A DNA stretch of 64,000 nt from Macrostomum lignano (GCA_002269645.1 NIVC01000019.1:1364001-1428000), one strand, 5' to 3'; shown: positions 25,282 through 38,044, numbered from the stretch's first letter. Notes: generated by a model not told the origin, from the sequence alone. Made by a program: numbers and translations.

Positions 25282-26169
25282 CACTTCAGTAGTGTGTGCT
25301 CTGTGAACAGTAGTTTCTATATATCATCCTGCCAATGCACTGCTTCTGTAATGAAAGTTCTGATATCAATTTGGCACCGATTGCCAGCTGTAGACTTTTC
25401 CGCGCTCTCTTATAGTTGTCTGGCACAGGAGCCTGAAGCATAGCGGCTGGCAGCCGTAGATTGCACTTGTGCACTTAATTCACTTCTTGTTGTATGCCAG
25501 CCAGCGATGAGGCCGTTCTGCTGCCCCAACCCGATGGCGCAGCGCTTAAACTCCTCAGCAGCCTCCGCACAGTTCAATCTTGCTGCCGCTGCTGCTGCTG
25601 GCGAAGATTAACGCTTAGCCAAGCAGGCTTGCGGCTTGCGGCCTTCAATCCCAATGGCCCGTCTCCCGCAGGCTGCCTTCTCCTTGCCGACCTTATCATT
25701 GGGTTGAATCTTCTTCCGATTTTTGCTTTGCCCGTTGCTTTTGCGTTAGGGCAACCCTGTTCGATTGCATTTTGCCTGCAGTGTCTTCTGCGGTTCTCTG
25801 GCGTCAAGGAATGAAGATTCATTGCTTATCTGGTCATTATTATTATTATTCTGGCTGTGTATATACACTGCAATGCCAGCGTATATCAGTCAGCCAAGGA
25901 GTGGATTTCGCATTTTAGTATATTTTATTACTAATCAAATAGCATAAATTTTTGTTGGTTTTGGCTGCAAATTTAATTAATAGCGTGCGCGAAGTGCCGC
26001 TGCGGATTCGGAAAGAAATTGTTGGCCGGAACTGTTGTAGTGCGGTTGGTTAGCGATGACAGCGTATGTAATATAGCTCTGTGAGACTGCTGCACTGTAC
26101 CGACTGCTTGCTATGTGGGAACAATGATAATGGATATTGTCAGGTTAGGCCGCAGTCCTCTCAGACCAT

Positions 26170-26545
26170 CAGTTGCTGGACCAGCCTCCCAGCTCCTCAG
26201 TTGCTGGACCAGCCTCCCAGATCCTCCTAAAGTTGCTGGGCAGCCTCTCAAATCCTCAGTTGCTAGGCCACCCTCTTAGATCCTCAGTTGCTGGGCCAGC
26301 CTCCCAGATCCTCAGTTGCTGGACCAGCCTCCCAGATCCTCCTGAAGTTGCTGGGCCAGCCTCCCAGATCCTCAGTTGCTGGGCCAGCCTCCCAGATCCT
26401 CCTGAAGTTGCTGGGCCAGCTTCCCAGATCCTCAGTTGCTGGGCCAGCCTCCCAGATCCTCAGTTGCTGGGCCAGCCTCTCAGATCCTCAGTTGCTGTGC
26501 CAGCCTCCCAGATCTTCAGTTGCTGGGCCAGCCTCCCAGGTTGCT
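26170..26545. repeat. About 28/38-bp minisatellite (AGTTGCTGGGCCAGCCTCCCAGATCCTC)n
   Basis: Read directly. Confidence 0.92.
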
Positions 26546-27759
26546 TCACTTCTAATTTGACCGTGTGTGTCAACGGCTTCAATCAGTTGCTTATGATAAG
26601 CACATAGCAGAAGTGAATATTTTTCTATTGCAGCTCTAAAAGTACAAACGTAGTTTCAATGAAAAAAATAAAATTACGCATTATTCAGCCACTGGCACAG
26701 TTGCAGCAGTAAATGCATTAGAATCGATACGTAATGCACTGACTCCAATTCCGAAAGTCATTTTTACGCAAACCGCAAATGGCTGGGCCACCCAGTGCGG
26801 TTTCAATATCCAGCTTCATGGGTCCAGAGTTAGATATGTTTTCCAGCTCAGCAGATGAATTGAACTTTAGCGGCGCCTATTGAAAATGAATTGGCCATCA
26901 CTGAGAGGGGGAGGGGGCGGAACCGGCGACACAAATAAGTGGCCAGATAAATGCATCAAACTGCATTTGCCTTACCGCTGGCTAGGGGGGGGGAGGACTG
27001 GAATATAGATGAGGTTTAGGATTAGCAGAAGCAGAAGGCCGCCGCCTGTCTGCCATCGTTCCCCTCCCATTCCGGAGTTACCCTCCCCTCCCCCTATGCC
27101 CGCTCAAACTGAGACTGCGAAGGAGCGAATTTCAATTCCAACTTGTTTCCCGACGCGCCCCCGCTGCTACCCCCGCCAGCCGTCCAGAGCTGCGGCGGCG
27201 GCGGCGGCTTCTCAACAACAGACTCCGGACTCCGCCCTGTTGAACAGTTTGGACTGGCGGTTGCTGGGCGCGGTATATTTTTCTATATTTAAGGCAGCCG
27301 GTGGGACGAGATGGATTAGAAATAGACTGCCTGAGCTTCTCTCTCTCTCTTCTTTATTTGTATGCAAACTCCTGGGCTGCTGTTGCATTTGAGTATCTGC
27401 CGATCTATCCCTCCCCCTCTCTTCCTCTTACCCCCAGAGAGACCTAGCCACTGCCCTAGCTAGGTAGCTTGGTCTCCCGTCGCCTGTCTCAGCTGCTGCT
27501 TGTCAAATTCAGTCCTAAACCGGCTACCCCTGCTGAGCCAAATATACCCGCGTATAAGCAAGCTCTGGGAATATATGGGCCTCATCTGAACGTCCTATTC
27601 CATATTTAAAGCCTAGAACTTTAAATTTCTTTCGTATTTTCTCTAGAGTATATCACTCCATCATTTTGTCTTCTTCTTGATTCGAATTTAAATAAATGAA
27701 TGAGCTATCTATGGGGTTTACAGATAATCAGAATTGATGAGTGCTTACGATGGAGTAGG

Positions 27760-27975
27760 TGTGCTCAGAAGGAAATGAGAGTGCTTAGAATAGGGCAGGG
27801 GTGCTCAGAAGGAAATGAGAGTGCTCAGAATACGGCAGGTGTGCTCAAAAGGAAATGAGAGTGCTCAGAATAAAGCAGAGGTGCTCAGAAAGGAATTAGT
27901 GCTCAGAATAGGGCAGGGGTGCTCAGAAGGAAAAAAAGGGTGCTCAGAATAGAGCAGGGGTGCTCAGAAGGCTTG
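27760..27975. repeat. Alternating 20-bp units (40-bp period), core GTGCTCAGAA
   Basis: Read directly. Confidence 0.88.
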
Positions 27976-28126
27976 CACCTTAATCAACTTAACCTTAATC
28001 CTTAATAAGCTAATTAATTTGTTCGTTGCTCCTCAACCCGTGGCAACAACAGATATGCGCAACTTCAGATATTGGAACTTTATAAACTCAATCTAATACA
28101 ATTAATTACCTATTCCCGCAACTCAG

Positions 28127-28420
28127 GTGAAGGAAATCACTGGCCTAGGCACAACCATTGATGTCTGTCTGGTCAATGGCAAGCTGCGCGAGTCCGAGAC
28201 CATTGTTCTCGCTGGCCAGGAGGGGCCCATTGTTACTCAGATTCGCGGCCTGCTGATGCCCGCGCCTATGAAAGAGATGCGAGTGAAGAACCAGTACGAC
28301 AAGTTCAAGGAGGTCAAGGGGGCGCAGGCTGTGAAGATTATCGCCAAGGATTTGGAGAAGGCCTTGGCTGGCTTGCCGCTCTATTCTACTAAGAATGCTG
28401 ACGAGATTGAAGTGTTCAAG
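28127..28420 (+). CDS. EIF5B: eIF5B exon 3
   Basis: cag|VKEITGLGTTIDVCLVNGKLRE...GPIVTQIRGLLMPAPMKEMRVK...IEVFK|gtgagt. Confidence 0.96.
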
Positions 28421-28469
28421 GTGAGTTTATTGGCGAGTCTGCTTTCAGGTGCAATTCTCCATGAGTGCC

Positions 28470-28811
28470 TTTTTATTAGAGACAGGGAGCCGTGTGCACC
28501 CTGGCGCACTTTATGCGACATTGTCGTCACACAACCTGCGAGAGGCATTGCTGCCCATTCCGCCGACTCCCCTGAGCAGGCACACAAGCACACACACACA
28601 GGAGTGTACAGCGGCCCTAACTTTATTTATCGTTAGGCATGTACACTTCACTGTGCCCTGGGGGTTGGCCCTCAAGACCGTTAATTGCACGAGCAGAGCC
28701 AAGCCGACATTCCAATTTAGCTCCAAATTAATTATGTGACTGCACTTGGAATCGAGCCTGGACCGCTAGCACATCAGAGCGCCGTGCTAGACCCCGAGGC
28801 TACAGCCCTCC
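28470..28811 (-). mobile_element. tRNA-derived SINE, full length
   Basis: Reverse complement starts GGAGGGCTGTAGCCTCGGGG..., contains GGCTCGATTCC, ends CTCTAATAAAAA; flanks CATGAGTGCC / TAAGAGTGCC resemble a TSD. Confidence 0.85.
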
Positions 28812-29872
28812 TAAGAGTGCCACTCAGAGTGAATTCTCTATAAGAGTGCCACTCAGAGTAAATTCTCTATAAGAGTGTCACTCAGAGGGAATTCTCTATA
28901 AGAGTGCCACTCAGAGGGAATTCTCTATAAGAGTGCCATTCAGAGTAAATTCTCTATAAGAGTGCCACTCAGAGTGAATTCTCTATAAGAGTGCTATTCA
29001 GAGGGAATTCTCTATAAGAGTGCCATTCAGAGTGAATTCCCTATAAGAGTGCCACTGAGATTGAATTCTTTATAAGAGTGCCACTCAGAGTGAATTCTCT
29101 ATAAGAGTGCCATTCAGAGTGAATTCCCTATAAGAGTGCCACTCAGAGTGAATTCTCTTTAAGAGTGCCACTCAGAGTGAATTCTTTATAAGAGTGCCAC
29201 TCAGAGTGAATTCTCTATAAGAGTGCCACTCAGAGTGAATTCTCTATACATTACCACTCAGAGTGAATTCTTTATAAGAGTGCCACTCAGAGTGAATTCT
29301 CTATAAGAGTGCCACTCAGAGTGAATTCTCTATACATTGCCACTCAGAGTGAATTCTCTATACATTGCCACTCAGAGTGAATTCTCTATAAGAATGCCAC
29401 TCAGAGGGAATTTTCTATAAGAGTGCCATTTAGAGGGAATTCTATAAGAGTGCCCTCAGAGGGAATTCTATAAAAGAGCGCCATTCAGAGGGAATTCTCT
29501 ATAAGAGTGCTACTCAGAGGGAATTCTCTATAAGAGTGCCCTCAGAGGGAATTCTATAAAAGAGTGCCACTCAGAGTGAATTCTCTATAAGAATGCCACT
29601 CAGAGGGAATTTTCTATAAGAGTGCCATTTAGAGGGAATTCTATAAGAGTGCCCTCAGAGGGAATTCTATAAAAGAGCGCCATTCAGAGGGAATTCTCTA
29701 TAAGAGTGCTACTCAGAGGGAATTCTCTATAAGAGTGCCCTCAGAGGGAATTCTATAAAAGAGTGCCACTCAGAGGGAATTCTCTATAAGAGCGCCATTC
29801 AGAGGGAATTCTCTATAAGAGTGCCACTCAGAGGGAATTCTCTATAAGAGTGCCACTCAGAGGGAATTATAG
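28812..29872. repeat. 29-bp minisatellite (AGAGTGCCACTCAGAGTGAATTCTCTATA)n
   Basis: About 36 units. Confidence 0.95.
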
Positions 29873-30626
29873 AATCAGATGCTTCTATAGGCAGCGCGGG
29901 CAACTAGTCAATATTTTTGTCAGTAAAAGCGCAGTGCACTTACACCCCTAGGAAAATTGTGTAGAGAATTCTAGATTCCCGCAGCCCTAATAGTTCTATA
30001 TTGCTCTCTACTGTAGAATTTGCAGTTATTTCTCTGGAATAAGACCGTCTGCACTGCGCAGCGTTGGCGTTACAAGTTTTGATTGCTGCTGCTGAGCCAG
30101 CGTTTCCTTGCTTCTGGGGTGTATAGCTTGACTGCTGTGGATTACGGGGTGTGGATAGGTTGCGGGCTGGCGCAGACACGCACTGTGCCATCCTAATCTA
30201 TCAGCTAACACTAGCAGCAATATTGACCGCAATCATGTAGTGTGCCCTGCTAGGTCGCGCTGCCTTCCTGATGGTAAACTGATGGGGAATATCCTTCTTG
30301 TAGAAGAGGAGATTTGCTTTCTTGCTTTCATTCGCTACGCAGTAAATTTTCTTGTTTGACACATTTTTGTCTTGCATATTTCGCACCCGCCGCTGGCAAA
30401 CTGGAGTGGGGGGAGGGGTCTGCTTTTTTTGGGGGTCTGCTATCAGACATTGTCCTTTAGGGCCTGAGGCGCGGCAGCCTTCCCAAAGTAATTCGTCGGG
30501 ATATTGCATGAGCTGCATCCGGTTTGCCATCTATATGGATTTTTTTACAATTAGCATTTCGCTTTTCCTAGTCAGTATGCGGTGTTTCTGGGGCGTTGGG
30601 CTTATATGTACCCGAGTTTTCGTATA

Positions 30627-30641
30627 GATAAATAGATAGAC

Positions 30642-30683
<42 letters not shown>

Positions 30684-30684
30684 G

Positions 30685-30760
<76 letters not shown>

Positions 30761-30890
30761 CAGATAGATAGATAGATAGACATATAGATAGATAGACATA
30801 TAGATAGATAGATAGATAGATAGATAGACAGATAGATGGATAGATAGATAGATAGACAGATAGATGGATAGACCGGCAGACAGATAGATT
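30627..30890. repeat. (GATA)n microsatellite
   Basis: Read directly. Confidence 0.95.
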
Positions 30891-31724
30891 AAATTAAGAC
30901 TTCAAATGAAACGCTGGGTAAAAAAGTTTTCCTACTTGCTTAAGCTCAACCATTTAGAAGTTATAACTTACTTCTTCCTTGCTTTTAAAACACCCCTTCG
31001 ACATTATTTGCAAGTATGTGCAGTGACATTCACACGAAGTGAAAAATAACTGAATTGGAGTGGAGACTTCTGAATTAGTTCATAGCAGCATTCCAAGCTC
31101 GTCGCAATTTTCGTTAAAACCATTATGTATAGATTGGATTTTTGAATAGTTAGCAAACTTAAATAGCTTAATATATGCATACTTAATAAAGTTACAAGAG
31201 CAGAGCAGAAAAAGAGTCTGACAAGTGGAAATGGCGCGATCGGGCAAATTGAAACAGAAACAAAAATTCATCTGTCATTTTTGAATAAGCGGACTTAATT
31301 TTGTTAAAATTGCAGTCAATAAAAACTGGTACCGCGTCGAGAGTAGACGGGCTCAATTAATGCTTTTACAAAACATGTCGGTATAGACAATGTATACTAG
31401 TCTTTTAACAACAGCTATTATAAATATGTATATAATACATGTTAATCTGGTGGGTAAAACTGGCTCTGTAAAAAAATTTGCTAATAAAAAACAGTCAATA
31501 ATTTGTGAGTTACAACAGCCATTACATATTTGCTTAACAAAGTGAGTCAAGGACGCCATGCCATACCTATAGTTATAGTTACTAATCAGCGATGTAAATT
31601 TCAGTAGCAAATATTACACAAAGATTTGTTTGGCTTCAAAATCAAACTTAGCAACAAAATACTTCTGTTGGTTTCTTTGGTCAGTGGTTTCTATAGCTGC
31701 CTTTTACAAGATTGGTAGGACTAG

Positions 31725-32325
31725 GAGACAGGAACCTTCAGGAGTCTGGGCGAGTGAGACAGGAACCTTCAGGAGTCTGAGCGAGTGAGACAGGAACTTT
31801 CAGGTATTACAGGAACCTTCAGGAGGGTGAGCGAGTGAGACAGGAACCTTCAGGAGTCTAGGCGAGTAGGACAGGAACCTTCAGGAGTCTGAGCGAGTGG
31901 GACAGGAACCTTCAGGAGGGTGAGCGAGTGAGACAGGAACCTTCAGGAGTCTAGGCGAGTAGGACAGGAACCTTCAGGAGTCTGAGCGAGTGGGACAGGA
32001 ACCTTCAGGAGTCTGAGCGAGTGACAGGAACCTTCAGGAGTCTAGGCGAGTAGGACAGGAACCTTCAGGAGTCTGAGCGAGTGGGACAGGAACCTTCAGG
32101 AGTCTGAGCGAGTGACAGGAACCTTCAGGAGTCTAGGCGAGTAGGACAGGAACCTTCAGGAGTCTGAGCGAGTGGGACAGGAACCTTCAGGAGTCTGAGC
32201 GAGTGACAGGAACCTTCAGGAGTCTAGGCGAGTAGGACAGGAACCTTCAGGAGTCTGAGCGATTGAGACAGGAACTTTCAGGTATTACAGGAACCTTCAG
32301 GAGGGTGAGCGAGTGAGACAGTACA
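31725..32325. repeat. About 31-bp minisatellite (GAGTGAGACAGGAACCTTCAGGAGTCTGAGC)n
   Basis: Read directly. Confidence 0.93.
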
Positions 32326-32786
32326 ATCATTTAGGTATCTGGGCAAGCGAGGCAGGAAACTGAGAAGATCGGGCTGAGTGCCAGTTTAAACAATAACAAT
32401 TTTTCTTAAAACACACATCGGCAAAATGATAAAAAAGATCTTAGTTAAAATTCAGCTAGCTCGGGATAGCGCATCTCTGTGAGCAGCACACAACAAAGCA
32501 TTGGACTAGCAAAGGAAAGGAAACGCAGGAGTTCGTACAGCTGTTTATTCGAGCTCAAACAGATATATGACAAGAAACTTCATTTGAATCGAAAAGTCGC
32601 CTGATAAAAAAACTCAACGAGAAATAAGTTCCAATTAACCGGAAGGTAGAACTTCGATTTCAAAACAGAAGCTAATGCAGAAAAAAAGCAAACTTCCGCA
32701 GAAAAAGACCCGGAGAATACTTGCGCTTAGTAGGGGTTTCTCGTCCGTTGAAGCAACTTTTTAACAGTTGTAAGTAAAATAGCTAG

Positions 32787-33129
32787 CTATAACATGTCGC
32801 CTCCAGCACCTCTGTACATTTCTGCTCTGGCCTGGTACGGATTATCCGCGTGATTTCCGCGCAGCGGAATGCACTCTTCTAAGAATTGTTGCTGCTGGCC
32901 CGCCTGTCGCTGCTGCTGATAGCCGTCCCCTGTCTGGTGCTTGTTCTTCAGTATGCCCCGGTTTAGAGTCTTTGTGCCGCTGGCGGCGCCGCCAGCCGAC
33001 TGGCCGCCAATCGCGTCCTCGCCGCCGCCAGACAGATTGAATCGAATCTCGCCCTTCTGCCTGTCCCTAGCCGGCAGTGTGGACGTAGAGTAGGAGGTCG
33101 GTACGCTCTGGTACTGCGGGTACTGTTGG

Positions 33130-33178
<49 letters not shown>

Positions 33179-34539
33179 ACCGCACAGTTCCGTAGGTGTC
33201 CGCTGTGCCAGCTATTGTTGACATCGGCAGAATTGACGGCGGAGGGGGCGGAGGCGGAGTTGAAGACACGGAGGAAGCCGCTGAAGAGACTGCCGCTGTC
33301 ATTGCGTATTGCTGCTGCTGCTCTACCATGGGTCTCACAGGCTGCGTCGGCTTGGCGTTAGTGTACATTAGAGCGGCTGCCGCTGGCGGCGGAGGCGGCG
33401 GCAAGGGCGGCTCAATATCGTTAGACGGTGGCGGCAGCATAGGATTTGCCAATTTCACCGCGGTAGCAGCTTGATATTGCTGCTGCTGTTGGTGCTGTTG
33501 GCGCATTGTGTGCGTCATCACCGGACTCTCATTGCCGATGGTTGTAGCTCCGAGGTCTCGCACTAAGAAATCGCCGCCACCCATGCCGCCGCCTCCGCCA
33601 TAGCCGCCTCCACCGCCGCTGCCGATCATGCCGCCCATGACTCCGCCGCCTCCATTGGTACCGTTGGCCGAATCCTCCGATGCTATGTCTCCGGTGCTGC
33701 CGTCGATGCCGTCTCCGGGGCCTCCAGGCCTGTGCAACTGTTCGCCCTGCCAGCTCTTTGTCGGCTGCACGAGATCTATGCAGCGCTGCCTCCGGCACAG
33801 GCCGTGCCAGATCAGCGGGCTAAACAGGCCAGCCAGTAGGAATAGAAAGGCGGCTACGGCCAGCAGTAGGTTAGCATAGTTGGGCACCTGTATGGACGGG
33901 CCGATGATGCGGTAAAACAGATTGCCAGCGCTGGGCCACAGCAGCGCCTGGATGCTGACGTGCATGCGGAGACCGGCTAGTGCAATGGCCAGGCCTGGCG
34001 TGACAAAGCCGACCAGCACTAGGAACCAGGGCCGGAGGGCTACCCCGCCGCCAACCTCCTTGATGAAGCGGACGCCTCCGTAGCCGTGAGCCACAGCTAG
34101 ACAGGCCAGAGCCGTCAGCAGCAGAGGCAGCCAACGCACAGTTGACATTCGGTACAGATCTGGCAGGCTGAGATTCTGCTTGAAATGCTGCTGCACAAAG
34201 CCCAAGCCGGCGCCAAAGGTGCACACAATTAGACTAGCTAGTAGACGCGCAGTCCATTGTCGCCTACGAAGGCTCTGACAGCCGCGAAATTTGTCAGATA
34301 CGGCGCGCACCCAAGCGTCGGCGCGTACCAGCATTCTAGTTAAGAATAGCCAGCCAAGAGCGCTGCGCCAAAACCAGAGCCAAATTGTTGGCGAGATCAT
34401 GTTAGTTGGCAAGCCTTCCAGCAGCTCCAGGTAGACTCGGACATCGTCACCGGCTCGATCGTCGGCCTCTGGCGGAGCGATCGCCCAGCCAGGTTGATTG
34501 GCGCTGGCTGAAGGCACGGTTGGCAGTCTGACGTTGTAG
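32787..34539 (-). CDS. Divergent SLC6/NSS-fold membrane protein, exon 2 (last): distal TM segments plus Gly/Gln/Pro-rich tail
   Basis: ttctgcag|C TAC AAC joins exon 1 in phase 2; several hydrophobic segments; polyG, polyQ and polyP; AATAAA at 32544-32549 on the minus strand. Confidence 0.8.
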
Positions 34540-35750
34540 CTGCAGAAAGCGAATTGCGGTGGGTTGGTCAAGTCACTTTGATCTCTAATTACTTATAGCA
34601 CAACGAAACTTCACGTTAATATGTAGCCAAAGTTGCCTACGTACTCTATGCTCTATATCATTGAATTTGTTTGCTTTGAAAAATTGATTTTAGTTCTTGT
34701 CCTGTCGTCCAACCAGTGAGCTGCAGCCACTTCTTTCATTAGTTATGTTTGGCTCGGTCTGTCTCTGTCGACTTTCCTTTCCCCTGGTGTCTTATCAAAG
34801 CTCATGGGATTCCAGCACTATGCTAGGAGCTTCAGTAATTCGACACTTGAAAGACAACTAAATCCCTTGGGTCAGAAACTGAAGAATAACACTGACTTGC
34901 CCACTATCCAATCTCCAATCTTTGACTCTCAGCCTGAAGCGACTGGCCCTTTCTGAAGCTTCAGTCCTTCATCTGAGCGCACTGCTTATTGTGTATTACT
35001 AAGCGATCTGAAGTTTTTAAGACTAGCATTTGTAAGTTTTTACAGGTGAAAATTAGACTTAATCCATAATAATGCTTAACTTTTACCAAGTTTCTAAACT
35101 GAGAAAGTCTCTTCTGCTGGTAAATAAATAAATTTTATCTATTTTAGCGCAACTGTGCATAGGAAAAGAGCCAGTTAGAATTCTAACGGCAATCGAAAAG
35201 TTTCAGTTTTGCGCAGTTATAAGTGAAAAAAACTTGAAGTTCACGCACGTGACCGCTGCTTGTGTATAGTCCAGCACAATATCATTCCTAGGATCTTACC
35301 ACCTTGCTGCCTTCTTTAGAGAAAAAGTTGAACTTTTCATAGTTTTATTAGCTGGCGATCAAGTACATTGCTAGGACGCTAGTCAGCTTCACTGGCTTCG
35401 GGCGAGAGGGATCCGATATATTTGGGGCGAGAGGGAAAAACTCTTCAACAGTATGGGACCGTGGCGAAAACGGCTATGACTATGCGAGCTGCAGGATGGG
35501 ATTATATCTTTGGAATTTTTCCCCAGTATCCCTTGGCGGCTTGGCAGCTCTGCGACTTGGCACGATGTCGCTTTACTAGCAATAGCATAGCCAGATTGTG
35601 ACAGGAAGAGAGAGACGAGCGGTGGGCAGGAAGGAAGCTGGAAAGGAGTTCAAATATTTGTCCCAAAAAGAGAAAAAGAGACTAGCGGACGTGTCAGTCA
35701 GATCCCAAACTTGTGGCTCTACTAGCCATGTAGGAATCCTCAGTCCTCAC

Positions 35751-36601
35751 CGAGGCATCTGACAGGTGCCGTTAGAGCTACTAGCTGGCGCAGGTGCCGC
35801 ACCAGAAGCGTCAATTGCCGATGCTGGAGAAGCTGCGTCGCCAAATAAAGCCGGATGTCCCTGACAGAATTGCATAACCAATGCGCTAGTTGACACAGTG
35901 TAGAGCGCGTGCAATAGAAATACTAGGCCAACTGTTAGGCCGGAGTCTAGGAATGCGTTGGTTCGCGGCTTCCTGTAACTGCCCAGCGCTATTAGCGCTC
36001 CTGTGCCGCAGGCGTACAGGTAGGGCAGTAGTGAGGCTCGCAGCAGGTCTAGCAGGCTATCTGGCAGTTTAGCTGACAGTTGCCAAAGGCGTTGGAGAGC
36101 GGCCTCAGAGTGGCCCAGAGACAGTGTGCGAGCGGCCACGGCGCACAGGGCGCCGATGCACAAGAGGGAGCCGAGGACCCACAGTTTGCTGGCATACTTT
36201 GGCCACCAGGTTAGCACAGGTAGCAGTACGCCTAGCCACAGGGCTAGCTGAAAATAAGCCGTGTATTGTAAGCCACCGATGTTGTGGTGCCGCTGCAGAT
36301 GATCCAGCACGTCGGCATTGGTAGCCAATAGGTCTAGCGCGCTGCAGGTGAGCATCAGCAGGCCGATGCCTTTCCAAGCCGGGCCGAAGCACCAGCATTT
36401 CACTGGGCCAAACTGACTTCGCTGGCCCAGCGCCAATTCGCAAAACACTAACGGCTGCACTAGAACCAGTATGCCGGCTAGTTGAACTAGGACAGGCCAT
36501 AGTCCGTACTCGATGTAGGCTCGCAGAGGCAAATACACGAATAGCTGAGGCGTTAGCAGGGCTATGCAGCTAATCAGGGTGCATTCGGCTCGAAGCATCA
36601 T
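35751..36601 (-). CDS. Divergent SLC6/NSS-fold membrane protein, exon 1
   Basis: PLVFCELALGQ...W..GPAWKGIG and GTGALIALGSY match SLC6 TM2/TM3 and TM6 motifs; donor CG|gtgag; the frame is open to 36691 so an upstream exon is possible. Confidence 0.8.
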
Positions 36602-38044
36602 GATTGCAGCGATTTTGTGTTTTTTATTCTGTCCAGTTGACCCGCGTCTGGTCAGGGTGTAAACAGGACGGAGGTTCGCTTTGTTCAACAACTGCTGAAC
36701 TCGGCCATGTCTGTGCCTCAGTGTTGGCTTGGCTTATAAGAGGGAGAGAAAATTATTATCCTGACTAAGGACGAACGGGCAGAGGACTATGGAGGGGAAG
36801 AACGGAGGATCGGAGTGGGGTGGGCTCTGGTTTAGCCTCGGACAGATTTGGAACGGAACAGAACTGAACGGAGGAATGGGGTGGTGGGGGGAGCTTATTC
36901 GTCTCGGCCCACTGTTTTTGGGAGGCGAGGAGGGTGACGCGGGGGTTGGTCCGGCCGGCAGGAGCCCTCCAAGCGCGGAGCTCCCACCCCCTCCTCCTGC
37001 CCGAGGAACTGAAAATACTTGGCCCTGCCCCCCATATTGTCCTTCCCTTCCTCCTATCATTCTCCACTCACCCGAGGCGGCCTACCCCATCCCTGACTCA
37101 TTCCTTCAGCTCCTACCCTCTGGCCAAAGCTTGCAATGAGGAGCTTTGAATCTATATAACTTTAAGCCCTTATTTCTCTGTTCCCTCCCTCTCCCACCAT
37201 TTCGCCTCATTCATTGGCTGCCCGTGCGCATTGGAAGTCCTCCCCTCAACTGCTCCTGCTCTCGGTCTCGTCTCTCGCTGCTCTCGGTCTCGTCTCTCGC
37301 TGCTCTCTCTTATCTTCAGCCAATGCTGCGACCGTTTGTATTACTTTTGGAGTGACTCGCCTGGCATTGCTAACACCCCTCCCCCGTCTCCTCGCCACGA
37401 CGAGACCAAACCAAAAAATCCGATCCTACCCTCCCTCTTCAATTTCCTCTGCCCCCCCCCCCCTATTTAGTCGGCTTCTGCTCCCCATTTCTCCTTACTG
37501 TTTAAAACTGCTAATGCGGATCGGTCCTGTAACTGTTGTTTTTCAGCTGAGTGTCTCATTCTGCCTGCCACTCGTTCTCAATGACCTCCCCCCCACCCAT
37601 ACAGCTCATTAAGCTGCCAAATCGAGCTCTTGTGCTTGCTTTGGAATCGAACTGTCTTTTCTTATTTGCTTTCCATTCGTCATTTAGCTTTCTACGAATA
37701 TTTGAAAAAACGAGTTGGCCCGTTTATTTGATTAAGAGTCCAAAACCCACAGGCTTGTTGAGTCTTCTGTACGATGGCTCATTGCTGTGTTGGACTTGTC
37801 TGTATTTTCATGTTGATTTTAACAGTTTGCACGCAACCTACCTTCTTAGGTTAGGGGTCTACCAGTCTAGATTGTCCAAGTATTTTATCGTTACTAGAAT
37901 GGTTTTTTATGTCTTCACCAGTGTTTTTATGAGTTTGACTTTCGCATATACTTTGCAGTTATTGTTCTGTCTACTGGTCTAACCTTTTCTATAGTCTTTA
38001 CGAAGAAAGAAATAGCACGTTTGAATTTCGGAACACTCCTTAGT

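Noticed and set aside
24598-25443. SVCL / RQTD repeat ORFs
   Set aside because: (TCTG)n microsatellite
27009-27392. 127-aa Pro/Ala-rich ORF
   Set aside because: Low-complexity CpG-rich sequence without homology or splice support; more likely regulatory
20689-28126. Possible intronic C/D-box snoRNAs in eIF5B or RPS27 introns
   Set aside because: Isolated TGATGA words without a paired CTGA box and terminal stem; would need snoscan/Infernal
33196-34224. Alternate-frame ORFs over the SLC6-like tail
   Set aside because: Shadow ORFs of GC-rich coding sequence
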